This document shows, in pieces, positions 8,695-17,664 of a stretch of 64,000 nucleotides of DNA. The position numbers and the translations under genes are program-made. The notes beneath the pieces are model-generated. The model did no database searches. It worked only from the letters and a program-made list of their open reading frames with translations, and was not told where the DNA came from. Origin of the DNA: Bacteroidota bacterium (lineage in GTDB: Bacteria > Bacteroidota > Bacteroidia > Bacteroidales > GCA-2748055); contig JBDLIM010000006.1 of assembly GCA_039714915.1 (NCBI GenBank), positions 7,230 to 71,229 on the forward strand, in the 5' to 3' direction. How positions within the stretch are numbered: position 1 is the stretch's first letter; each line of letters starts with the position of its first letter.

Positions 8695-9750
8695 ATGAAA
8701 AGAGTACTGATTACCGGTACAGCCGGTTTCATTGGATTTCACCTGGCCAGGCGATTGGTTGAGCGGGGATATGAGGTTACAGGTCTGGATATAATTAACG
8801 ATTACTACGACGTCAATCTTAAGTACGACAGGCTTGCTGTGTCGGGCATTGTTCGTGAGCAAATAGGCTATAACCAGCTGGTATCAAGCACGAAATCGGA
8901 CAACTATAATTTTATCCAGTTAAAGCTTGAAGACCGGGAGGCCATTTTTGATTTGTTCGAAAAACAGCAATATGATGTGGTTGTTAACCTGGCCGCTCAG
9001 GCCGGAGTCAGGTACAGCCTCACTCATCCCCAGGTCTATCTGGACAGCAACATTACAGGCTTTCTGAATATCCTGGAAGCTTGCAGGCACCATCCGGTAA
9101 AGAATCTGATTTATGCCAGTAGTTCCAGTGTGTACGGACTGAATAAAAAGATGCCCTTTGCAGTGAGTTCCAATGTGGATCACCCGGTCAGCCTGTATGC
9201 TGCAAGCAAGAAGAGCAACGAACTGATGGCTCATACCTACAGCCACCTTTTCGGGATTCCTACCATTGGATTGCGATTTTTTACTGTTTATGGCCCATGG
9301 GGAAGGCCCGATATGGCTCTCTTCCTGTTTACAAAGGCCATCCTGGCCGATGAGCCCATCCAGGTGTTTAATCATGGGAATATGGAGCGGGATTTCACCT
9401 ACGTCGATGACATAGTCGGAGGAATCGAGAAAATGGTACCGCAACCACCCGAAGCCGGAGTGAACTGGGATCCCGAAGTCCCTGATCCCTCATTTTCATC
9501 AGCTCCTTACAAGATTCATAACATTGGAAACAGCAGTCCCGAAAAGCTTACCGATTTCATTGAGGCCATTGAAAAAGCCCTGGGCAAAAAGGCAAAGAAG
9601 CAGATGATGCCCATTCAGCCCGGTGATGTGGAAAAGACCTGGGCCGATGTTTCCTCCCTGAAGAGGGACTACGCCTACAACCCGGGTACCCCGGTAGAAA
9701 CCGGAATCGCACGCTTTGTCGAATGGTACAGGGATTATTACAAAATCTGA
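8695..9750 (+). CDS. NAD-dependent sugar-nucleotide epimerase (UDP-glucuronate 4-epimerase-like)
   Basis: 351-aa ORF. GTAGFIGFHL Rossmann motif and YAASK catalytic YxxxK. Extended SDR family. Confidence 0.8.
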   Translation: MKRVLITGTAGFIGFHLARRLVERGYEVTGLDIINDYYDVNLKYDRLAVSGIVREQIGYNQLVSSTKSDNYNFIQLKLEDREAIFDLFEKQQYDVVVNLAAQAGVRYSLTHPQVYLDSNITGFLNILEACRHHPVKNLIYASSSSVYGLNKKMPFAVSSNVDHPVSLYAASKKSNELMAHTYSHLFGIPTIGLRFFTVYGPWGRPDMALFLFTKAILADEPIQVFNHGNMERDFTYVDDIVGGIEKMVPQPPEAGVNWDPEVPDPSFSSAPYKIHNIGNSSPEKLTDFIEAIEKALGKKAKKQMMPIQPGDVEKTWADVSSLKRDYAYNPGTPVETGIARFVEWYRDYYKI

Positions 9751-9751
9751 A

Positions 9752-10609
9752 CTATTGATTACGCAGTAATCTTTTCAAAGATTGTGCTTTCTCTTGCTGT
9801 CCGGAACGATCGTATGCATATTGAAGATTGATAAGCAGTCTTTCAATAATATCCACGTTTGAACAGGGTTTGAAAAAGCTTTCTTTCTCTTCGATCTTTA
9901 CCTGATTCAGAAAATACTTCAGTTCTTTCAGTCCGAGTACTGCTCCATTGTCGCTAGGATTGATGTAAAAGAGGATTCCATTGGGATCCTCCTGATAATC
10001 TGGATCATAATAACAGAGAACAAAGTTGCGGGGCAGGTTTACCCCATAAATGGGCAGGTTTAACCTCCTGGCCAACTCCGCATAGATCAAGCCGAGCATG
10101 ACCGGGCTTCCCTTGAAGGTGTCTATCACATGATTTACCAGGTACAATTGAGGTGTATGGGCTTTTTTCAGGCTTTTATCGAACTTGTGGATTTCATACA
10201 TGAAATAGTTAATCACCTTCACTTTCTCCAGTGCCGTTAATTCATTGTTCAGCTCCAGCCATATATCCCGCTTTATTTTCTCCAGTTTTTCATTGTAGGC
10301 CTCAAATTCCAGATCCGGGTAATGAAACCTGGCCACCAGGTAGGCGCCATACAGCAGGTCCGTTCCTCCGGTGGACTTCCATGCATCCATGCTCCGCCTG
10401 AGGGTGTTGAACTGGATCTGCTTGATCACATTTTCTATTTTTCCCTGAATCTCCGGTTTAAGAGTTAACTCCCACCGTTTTTCCAGGGGGATAACCACAT
10501 CTTCTCCCAGTTCGATTAGCCGGTTTGATACCGTATCAAATACCTGGGCATCCGGATCTTCCAGAAGACTCATCAGTGCTTCAAGTTCTTTGTGCCCGTG
10601 TTCAGTCAT
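9752..10609 (-). CDS. Transglutaminase-like / SirB1 (YchA)-like family protein
   Basis: 285-aa ORF. The general family resemblance is recalled from memory, with no catalytic motif verified. It overlaps the upstream gene stop by 8 nt, suggesting an operon. Confidence 0.4.
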   Translation of the reverse strand: MTEHGHKELEALMSLLEDPDAQVFDTVSNRLIELGEDVVIPLEKRWELTLKPEIQGKIENVIKQIQFNTLRRSMDAWKSTGGTDLLYGAYLVARFHYPDLEFEAYNEKLEKIKRDIWLELNNELTALEKVKVINYFMYEIHKFDKSLKKAHTPQLYLVNHVIDTFKGSPVMLGLIYAELARRLNLPIYGVNLPRNFVLCYYDPDYQEDPNGILFYINPSDNGAVLGLKELKYFLNQVKIEEKESFFKPCSNVDIIERLLINLQYAYDRSGQQEKAQSLKRLLRNQ

Positions 10610-11483
10610 CCTGTGATATTTTTTCCAAAACCATTTTTATCAATGATTCCATGGCCGGTCTATAATCCTTCAGGAATTCTTTTGTGATCCGGTTGGCAAC
10701 AGCTATACAAAGGGTAACAGCTTCATGGCCCAATAAGGCTGACAGTGCATATAAGGCCGAACTTTCCATTTCAAAGTTGTTGATCTGCATATGATTAAAA
10801 CGGAAAGTGCCCAGCTTATGAATCAAGGTATCGTCAAAAGGGCTAAGCCTGATAGAGCGTAACTGGGGGGCATAGAATCCAGGAGTGGAGAGTGTAATGC
10901 CTGAAACCTGTCCGGATTCAGAAAAAATAGATAACAGTCTTTCTGATCCTTCAGTAAAATAGGGATCCGGAAGGCTGCTTTTCCATTTCGTATGCTTCTT
11001 AAATGAATCTGTGAGAGTATCCACAGTAATGCCTTCCATGTCACGGTAATAATGATACAGGCCATCAAAGCCTCCTGCAATCTTTGAGATGATCCGGGTC
11101 CCCGGTAGTATGTTGCCATGCAAGGCTCCAGTGGTGCCTATTCTGACCAGGGACAAGCGCTTCTTATCTTTCCTGACCATACGCGTTTTCAGATCCACAT
11201 TTACCAGCGCATCCAGTTCGTTGAGAACAATGTCAATGTTGTCTGTCCCAATCCCTGTGGAGATTACACTGATCCGCTTTCCCCTGTAGGATCCCGTATG
11301 TGTAACAAATTCCCTGTTCGATTTCTGGAATTCGACCTCATCAAATTGTGCCGATACCATGGCCACTCTGCCCGGATCGCCAACAAGAATGATGCAATCT
11401 GCAATATCCTCAGGCTGTAGAGCAAGATGATAGATGCTCCCATCCGGATTTAGAATAAGATCTGCATGTGAAATGGTATCCAT
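10602..11483 (-). CDS. Nucleoside phosphorylase (PNP/UDP family 1)
   Basis: 293-aa ORF. GDPGR..., IGTTG and FEMES motifs are typical of the purine/uridine phosphorylase family. Confidence 0.7.
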   Translation of the reverse strand: MDTISHADLILNPDGSIYHLALQPEDIADCIILVGDPGRVAMVSAQFDEVEFQKSNREFVTHTGSYRGKRISVISTGIGTDNIDIVLNELDALVNVDLKTRMVRKDKKRLSLVRIGTTGALHGNILPGTRIISKIAGGFDGLYHYYRDMEGITVDTLTDSFKKHTKWKSSLPDPYFTEGSERLLSIFSESGQVSGITLSTPGFYAPQLRSIRLSPFDDTLIHKLGTFRFNHMQINNFEMESSALYALSALLGHEAVTLCIAVANRITKEFLKDYRPAMESLIKMVLEKISQDD

Positions 11484-11572
11484 AGCTCTACCCTTACCGC
11501 ATTTTCAATAAAAATAATGTATTTTTAACCCTGCATTTAAAATATTTACTCACAATTATAAATTACTAGGTT

Positions 11573-12385
11573 ATGAAAAAAGCTCAATACGGTATTATAA
11601 GTGTGGTAGCCATTGTGGTGCTTATGCTCATTTTTGGAAGCCAAATGTTTTTTGTCCTGAAGCCAGGTGAACGAGGAGTCATATTCAAGAAATTTGGCGG
11701 CGGCCTGGATAAGGAGAATGTTTTTGTTCCAGGTTTCCATATAATTGCTCCATGGAACGACCTGATCCGTTATGATGTAAGGGAACAGAAGGCTGAGGAA
11801 ACCATGGATGTACTGGATAAAGGAGGACTATCCATCAATGTGGATGTGACCATTATCTTCAATCCTTTTTATAACAAGATAGGGGACCTTCATGAAAATA
11901 TTGGAACAAACTTTATTTCTGTCATGGTGATCCCCAATGTCAGATCATCTGTACGGGCCGTTACGGGACGTTATACAGCTGAAGAAATCTACTCAACCAA
12001 ACGTGGAGAAGTTGAATCTGAAATCATCGAATCCACCAGGCAGGCTTTGGCCGATAAGAACATCGAGATGAAGGATTTATTGATTCGATCCATCACTTTA
12101 CCCGAAAAGATCAAATCGGCTATTGAGAGCAAGCTACAGCAACAACAGGAAGCACTGGCCTACCAGTACCGGCTGGAACGTGAGACAAGTGAGGCAGATC
12201 GTTTGAGAATTCAGGCTCAGGGTATTGCCGATTATAACCGCATCATCTCTCAGTCCCTAACTAACAACATACTGAAGCAGAAGGGTATCGATGCAACTCT
12301 TGAGCTGGCAAATTCTGCCAACAGCAAAGTGGTTGTCATTGGAAGTGGTGATGAAGGAATGCCTCTGATCCTGGGTGGTAACTAA
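11573..12385 (+). CDS. SPFH/band-7 (prohibitin/HflC-like) membrane protein
   Basis: 270-aa ORF with N-terminal TM anchor, an SPFH core, and a C-terminal coiled coil (QQQQEALAYQYRLERE...). Confidence 0.85.
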   Translation: MKKAQYGIISVVAIVVLMLIFGSQMFFVLKPGERGVIFKKFGGGLDKENVFVPGFHIIAPWNDLIRYDVREQKAEETMDVLDKGGLSINVDVTIIFNPFYNKIGDLHENIGTNFISVMVIPNVRSSVRAVTGRYTAEEIYSTKRGEVESEIIESTRQALADKNIEMKDLLIRSITLPEKIKSAIESKLQQQQEALAYQYRLERETSEADRLRIQAQGIADYNRIISQSLTNNILKQKGIDATLELANSANSKVVVIGSGDEGMPLILGGN

Positions 12386-12396
12386 GAGAAGCTAAA

Positions 12397-12855
12397 ATGT
12401 TACAACGACCGCAGACCCTGTATTTGCTGGGGGGCTTTTTTCTTTCCCTGTTATTATTAACAGGCCCCCTGGCCCGGTTTACCCTGGATGGAAGTACATA
12501 TCTGCTGACACATTCGGGTTTGATAGACGGGGAAGGGGAAAAGCTGGACTTGTTTACCTGGCCCATGACTGTACTTTTCCTCGCGGTTTGCATACTGGCC
12601 TTTCTGAATATCTTCCTTTACAGGAACCGGATACGACAGATGAGGATATGCATCTTCCTTATTCTGCTGGGAGCTGGGATGATCGCTATGATTTTCTATT
12701 ACATCTGGGTGGCTAAAAATCAACTGGGGGAAGCTTCGGTCCTCCATCAGTGGAGAATCGTTTTACCCCCCATCATAGCCATATTGCTTTACTTTGCTTT
12801 CCGCCGCATTCGGAGGGATGAACTAATGGTAAAAGCCTACGACCGTATCAGGTAG
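12397..12855 (+). CDS. Small 4-TM membrane protein (DUF4293-like)
   Basis: 152-aa ORF with four hydrophobic segments. The N-terminus MLQRPQTLYLL resembles the Bacteroidota DUF4293 family. Starts 12 nt after the SPFH gene. Confidence 0.5.
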   Translation: MLQRPQTLYLLGGFFLSLLLLTGPLARFTLDGSTYLLTHSGLIDGEGEKLDLFTWPMTVLFLAVCILAFLNIFLYRNRIRQMRICIFLILLGAGMIAMIFYYIWVAKNQLGEASVLHQWRIVLPPIIAILLYFAFRRIRRDELMVKAYDRIR

Positions 12856-12862
12856 ACACTTA

Positions 12863-12897
12863 CGACTATCGACTTACGACTTTTGACTTTTGACTTT
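12863..12897. repeat. Five tandem heptamers (CGACTAT CGACTTA CGACTTT TGACTTT TGACTTT)
   Basis: Read directly from the sequence. Lies between convergent genes, directly abutting the hairpin at 12898-12923. Confidence 0.8.
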
Positions 12898-12923
12898 CCT
12901 GTAACTGCATCCACAGTTACAGG
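12898..12923. terminator. 10-bp perfect hairpin between convergent genes (possible bidirectional terminator, no U-tract)
   Basis: CCTGTAACTG-catcca-CAGTTACAGG. The 3' arm overlaps the pyrI stop codon. Neither strand has a U-run, so terminator function is uncertain. Confidence 0.4.
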
Positions 12924-13372
12924 ATCTCTATATTACTTTGATTGGTAATTTTTTCGCAGTAGTGGCATTTGAGTTTCACTTCTGATTTGGATACAACTTC
13001 AAAGCGAGTCGTTACCTCTTCATTGTTTGTAATGCACTTGGGATTGACACATTTCACAATGCCAATGATTTCATCAGGGATTGCGACCACCCTTTTCTCC
13101 ACCACTTCAAAATCCCGAATAATATTCAGCTTGGCGCAGGGCGCTACCAGAGCAATTTTATTGATCTCATCATCTGCGAAAAACACCTTGGACAGTTTAA
13201 TGATCCCTTTCTTTCCCAGTTTGTCGCTGCTCAGGCTGTTTCCGATGGTGATCATGGTATCCAGTTTCTCCAGGTTCAGGATCGAGACCACTTTAAACAG
13301 GGCAGGGGCTGGTACATGGTCAATAACGGTGCCTTCTTTTATTGCGCTGACTGATAATAATTTATCTTTCAT
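12917..13372 (-). CDS. pyrI: Aspartate carbamoyltransferase regulatory subunit
   Basis: Start placed at the internal ATG (MKDKLLSVSAIKEGTVIDH...). C-terminal zinc domain CxxxxC...CxxC (CVNPKC...CHYC). The longer ORF to 13516 would overlap pyrB. Confidence 0.9.
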   Translation of the reverse strand: MKDKLLSVSAIKEGTVIDHVPAPALFKVVSILNLEKLDTMITIGNSLSSDKLGKKGIIKLSKVFFADDEINKIALVAPCAKLNIIRDFEVVEKRVVAIPDEIIGIVKCVNPKCITNNEEVTTRFEVVSKSEVKLKCHYCEKITNQSNIEIL

Positions 13373-13403
13373 TTTTTTACAACTTATTCGGTTCGGCAGG
13401 TGT

Positions 13404-14312
13404 TTATTTAATTCCCAGGATTGAAGATATGATGGCCATGCGGACATATACTCCGTTTCGTGCCTGGTCGAAATAGTAGGCATGGGGACTTTCATCCACA
13501 TCCGTATGTATCTCATTCACCCGGGGTAAAGGATGAAGAACCTTCATGCTCTCCTTGCATCCTTCAAGCATCGATTTGCGAAGTATGTACGCGTTTTTCA
13601 CCCTCTCATATTCAATGGGATCGGTAAAACGTTCCTGCTGAACGCGGGTCATGTATATAATGTCAGCTTCATGCAGGAATTCGGTGAGATTTTTACCTTC
13701 ATAATAATCAAGCCCCATTTTATCAAGGTGTAGTTTATAGGCAGCCGGCATCTTTAACTCGTCGGGGGAGATGAAATAAAAAGTAGCGTTGAATTCAGAC
13801 AGGGCCTGCAGAAGGGAATGGACTGTACGTCCATACTTCAGGTCACCCACCATAAAGATTTTCAGGTTCTCAAGTGTTCCCTGGGTTTTCAGGATAGAGT
13901 ACATATCCAGAAGGGTTTGAGTGGGATGCTGGTTCGCTCCGTCACCCGCATTTACGATGGGAACGGATGATACTTCGCTGGCGAGCCTGGCACTTCCTTC
14001 CAGGGGGTGACGCATAACAATCAGGTCTGCGTAGTTACTTACCATCTTAATGGTATCATGAAGTGTTTCCCCTTTGGAGGCACTTGTTGCGCCCGAGTCA
14101 CTAAAACCGATTACCCTTCCACCCAGGCCATTAATGGCGGTTTCAAAACTCAGGCGGGTTCTGGTGGAGGGTTCGAAGAAAAGGGTGGAGATCACATGTC
14201 CGCTCAGGATTTTCTGCCTCGGTTCCTTTTCAAATTCAGCAGCAAGCTCCAGGATTCTCAAATATTCATCCTTGGAAAAATCGGTGATTGAAACAAGATT
14301 CTTATTTTTCAT
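13404..14312 (-). CDS. pyrB: Aspartate carbamoyltransferase catalytic subunit
   Basis: 302-aa ORF. STRTR carbamoyl-phosphate motif, HPTQ and HPLPR motifs. Confidence 0.95.
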   Translation of the reverse strand: MKNKNLVSITDFSKDEYLRILELAAEFEKEPRQKILSGHVISTLFFEPSTRTRLSFETAINGLGGRVIGFSDSGATSASKGETLHDTIKMVSNYADLIVMRHPLEGSARLASEVSSVPIVNAGDGANQHPTQTLLDMYSILKTQGTLENLKIFMVGDLKYGRTVHSLLQALSEFNATFYFISPDELKMPAAYKLHLDKMGLDYYEGKNLTEFLHEADIIYMTRVQQERFTDPIEYERVKNAYILRKSMLEGCKESMKVLHPLPRVNEIHTDVDESPHAYYFDQARNGVYVRMAIISSILGIK

Positions 14313-14329
14313 CTGGAAGAGATTTATTA

Positions 14330-14337
14330 CAAATATA
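14330..14337 (-). promoter_or_regulatory. -7 promoter box (TATATTTG) for pyrBI
   Basis: Exact TAnnTTTG on the minus strand, 18-25 nt upstream of the pyrB ATG at 14312. Confidence 0.45.
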
Positions 14338-14391
14338 ATATTGTGTCTATTGGACTGCAGGTATTGTTGATAAACAAATAATAACTTCCAT

Positions 14392-14997
14392 CTATTCCTT
14401 CAGGCTTGCTTTGCAGCCTTCAATAATTGACAACTGTGAAAGAACCCGGTCCATCATTCTGGTCCATACCTTTAAGCTAAGCGTGCATTTCAGGTCAAAG
14501 TCCTGATCTTCAAATTCTAACCCCAGGTCCTTAATGACTTTCATCACCGAATTCATTTGTTCGTACCCGAATTCAAGCTTCAGGGTCTTATGGACTTTGA
14601 GTTCAATAATCCGGGCCTGGTCCAGTGCTGCCGAAGAGGCCGACCGGTAGGCCCTCATCAATCCCCCTACACCCAGCAGGGTTCCGCCAAAGTACCTGAC
14701 CACCACCACCAGAATGTTGGTCAGATTACGTGATTGAATCTGTCCAAAGATGGGTTTCCCGGCACTCCCAGAGGGTTCCCCGTCATCATTCACCCTGAAT
14801 TGCTCCATATCTGCTCCCAGGCGCCAGGCAAAGCAATGGTGCCGGGCATCATGGTATTCTTTTTTCAAACGCCCGATTTGCTCCCTGATTTCTTCTTCTG
14901 AGTTGACTGTATAGGCAAATGCCAGAAACTTACTGCCTTTATCCCTGAAGTTTCCCTCCGCGGGGGCCTCTATGGTTCTGTAAAGATCCTTCATCAT
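14392..14997 (-). CDS. yigZ: YigZ / IMPACT-family protein
   Basis: 201-aa ORF. The UPF0029 N-terminal domain (SKFLAFAY...[12 protein letters not shown]...[12 protein letters not shown]) is typical of YigZ. Confidence 0.8.
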   Translation of the reverse strand: MMKDLYRTIEAPAEGNFRDKGSKFLAFAYTVNSEEEIREQIGRLKKEYHDARHHCFAWRLGADMEQFRVNDDGEPSGSAGKPIFGQIQSRNLTNILVVVVRYFGGTLLGVGGLMRAYRSASSAALDQARIIELKVHKTLKLEFGYEQMNSVMKVIKDLGLEFEDQDFDLKCTLSLKVWTRMMDRVLSQLSIIEGCKASLKE

Positions 14998-15875
14998 GCA
15001 AGGGTGAAAAGAAGTAGCGCTGCAGCCGAAAGAAGGATGCCCATCCAGTTTAAGTAAAGCAACTTTTCTTTAAATACCCATAGTCCCGCAAGTACACTCA
15101 GAGCAACGATTCCTATGTTATTAACTCCAAAAATTACCGAGCTGTCGATACCTGTACCTGAAGCAGAGGTGTAGTTAAGTGAACGTACCAGGAAGAAAAT
15201 CGAGCCAAAGTTTACAGCTCCAAGCAGCAGTCCCCATACCCAGATGGCGGGTTTTCTGAAATTCCTCAAGTACTTCGGAAAGAATGCAAGCGCAATCAGG
15301 CCTGAAAGAAAGGCATAAAAGAATAGTACAGCACTGAAAAGTGCTGTGTGGGAATCATTTACATATCTGTGCTGCGCATACTTTACCAGGGAATCGACTC
15401 CTCCCATACCAAAGAAAAGGACGATCGGAACGTATATAACAGTGGGATCCATGAATCCTTTCCGGGGCTTATATACGGTTAATCCCACCCCGGCCAGGGT
15501 GGCAAATATGGCAGCTGTTTTATAGCCGCTAAGCCGGTCATAGGGGTCAATTATGAGAGAGAACAATATGGGAAAGATCACTGACATTTTACCGGCTACG
15601 GTCGTTATGGAGATACCCGCCTTTCGGGTAGAAAAAGCAATCAGGAAAAACATGATAATAAAAAGGATCCCGATAAGAGCTCCTATGGGGAGCCATGGGG
15701 CATGTCTTATGGCAGAGAGACTGATTCCTCCCCGATTAATAACAAATCCCAGGATGGACGCCACCATGTAATTGATCACAATTACAGGAAAAGCGGGAAT
15801 ACCCTGGCGATCAATGGATTTGAATATTATAAAAATGCTGGTGGATGAGAGTATGCAAAGGATCAAAAAGTGCAT
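14994..15875 (-). CDS. DMT/EamA-like polytopic membrane transporter
   Basis: 293-aa ORF with ~10 hydrophobic helices. ATGA overlap with yigZ and a 6-nt gap after dnaA. Confidence 0.65.
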   Translation of the reverse strand: MHFLILCILSSTSIFIIFKSIDRQGIPAFPVIVINYMVASILGFVINRGGISLSAIRHAPWLPIGALIGILFIIMFFLIAFSTRKAGISITTVAGKMSVIFPILFSLIIDPYDRLSGYKTAAIFATLAGVGLTVYKPRKGFMDPTVIYVPIVLFFGMGGVDSLVKYAQHRYVNDSHTALFSAVLFFYAFLSGLIALAFFPKYLRNFRKPAIWVWGLLLGAVNFGSIFFLVRSLNYTSASGTGIDSSVIFGVNNIGIVALSVLAGLWVFKEKLLYLNWMGILLSAAALLLFTLA

Positions 15876-15881
15876 TCACTC

Positions 15882-17303
15882 TTACATCTTGAGTTTCTTT
15901 TCGATCTCGTCCACCTGGAGTCGGAACCTTTTGTCTGTTTCGATCAGGTTATTCACTGTTTTACAGGCATGAAGTACCGTCGCATGATCTTTACCCCCTA
16001 TTTGAGAACCAATGGTCGCAAGTGACGACTTGGTAAGGGTTTTAGAGAAAAACATGGCCACCTGCCTGGCCTGGACAATTTCTCTTTTGCGTGTCTTTGA
16101 TTGCAGCTGTTCCAGGCCAATGTTATAATAATTGCACACTACTTTCTGAATGTAATCAATGGAAATTTCTCGTTTAGTGCTCTTTATGAGCTTATCGATC
16201 ATCTCCTTGGTGAGATCCAGGGTTATTTCCTTTTTGTTCAGTGTGGACTGTGCAAGCAGCGAGATTAATGCTCCTTCCAGTTCACGGATGTTATCTGAAA
16301 TATGGGTGGATATATATTCCAGAACCTCCTCGGGCAGGTCTATGCCGTCGTTGTAGGTCTTTTTCTTCAGAATGGCCATCCGGGTCTCAAAATCGGGAGC
16401 CTGAAGGTCGGCAGAGAGACCCCACTTAAAGCGGCTCAGGAGCCTGGATTCCATTCCCTGCAATTCCACGGGGGGTTTATCGGAAGTGAGGATCAACTGT
16501 TTGCCACTCTGGTGCAGGTGATTGAAAATGTGGAAGAAGGTATCCTGGGTTTTCTCTTTTCCTGCAAACTCATGCACGTCATCAATGATCAGCACATCGA
16601 TCATCTGGTAGAAGTGCAGAAAGTCATTTTTATTGTTGTTCCTGATGGCATCCACAAACTGAGTCTGAAATTTATTGGCATTCACATAGAGCACTGTTTT
16701 CTCAGAAAACAGGGTCTTTACCTCAATTCCAATAGCCTGGGCAAGGTGGGTTTTACCAAGTCCGCTATCCCCGTATATTAACAAGGGATTAAAAGCAGTC
16801 CCACCCGGATTCTTTGAAACTGCATAGCCTGCCGACCTGGCCAGTCTGTTGCATTCTCCCTCTATGAAATTCTCAAAAGAATTCTCAGGATTTAACCTGG
16901 GATCAATATCAAGCTTTTTCAGCCCGGGAATGACAAATGGATTCTTTATGGTATTCTCGCTGGTGTCCAGTGGAACCGAAACTGGAGTATTCTTGATTTC
17001 CTTGGTATTCTTCGCTGGAAACTTAACCGTATAGGGTTTGCTGTTGCTATACGAGTTGTTTTGCATGATCACGTTATATTCCAGCTTGGCATCGGGCCCA
17101 AGCTCTTTCTTAATCACCTTGCGCAATATATCTATATATTGTTCTTCCAGGTATTCATAAAAGAAGGGACTGGGAACCTGAATGGTTAAAATATCATTGT
17201 CAAGCTTAAGTGGAACAATCGGCTCAAACCAAGTACGAAAACTTATTGAGGGGACATTGTCTTTAATTACACTCAGACAATTGTTCCAGATACGTTCATG
17301 CAT
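15882..17303 (-). CDS. dnaA: Chromosomal replication initiator protein DnaA
   Basis: 473-aa ORF. Walker A GDSGLGKTHL, box VII/sensor motifs, and the C-terminal DnaA-box binding helix (...IGGKDHATVLHA). Confidence 0.97.
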   Translation of the reverse strand: MHERIWNNCLSVIKDNVPSISFRTWFEPIVPLKLDNDILTIQVPSPFFYEYLEEQYIDILRKVIKKELGPDAKLEYNVIMQNNSYSNSKPYTVKFPAKNTKEIKNTPVSVPLDTSENTIKNPFVIPGLKKLDIDPRLNPENSFENFIEGECNRLARSAGYAVSKNPGGTAFNPLLIYGDSGLGKTHLAQAIGIEVKTLFSEKTVLYVNANKFQTQFVDAIRNNNKNDFLHFYQMIDVLIIDDVHEFAGKEKTQDTFFHIFNHLHQSGKQLILTSDKPPVELQGMESRLLSRFKWGLSADLQAPDFETRMAILKKKTYNDGIDLPEEVLEYISTHISDNIRELEGALISLLAQSTLNKKEITLDLTKEMIDKLIKSTKREISIDYIQKVVCNYYNIGLEQLQSKTRKREIVQARQVAMFFSKTLTKSSLATIGSQIGGKDHATVLHACKTVNNLIETDKRFRLQVDEIEKKLKM

Positions 17304-17664
17304 TGCAAACGTTGGTTTTTTAAGTTAGGTTATTACATTTAAAGCTTTGGGATTCCCAAAGACAAAGATTGTGAAAAAAAAGTTAAAAAAAAATTCAATC
17401 AGACTTGAAAATGTCAGAATAACCATATTGGTTTTAAGGTCAATTATTTATGAAACTAAAAAAAAAGAATATTTTTTATGATGCTGATTATCAACGATAT
17501 AGATATTTCTATTTGCCAATAAATTCTTAATAAATTGTTTCTTAAACGCTTAGCTCTCCCAATTCAATTTATGATTTAAAGCAGGTATCAACAAGATACA
17601 AACTTTGGCCACAGGAAAATGTGAAATCGTCAAAATCTCGAAAAAAAAACTTAAGAAGCTAACT

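Noticed and set aside
13373-13516. N-terminal 48-codon extension of the pyrI ORF
   Set aside because: It overlaps the 3' end of pyrB. The conserved PyrI N-terminus (MKDKLLSVSAIK...) starts at the internal ATG at 13372.
17480-17615. Possible DnaA boxes upstream of dnaA
   Set aside because: Only 7/9 matches were found (three sites, versus about one expected by chance in 361 bp on both strands). There is no perfect or 8/9 TTATCCACA box, so no DnaA-box feature was annotated.
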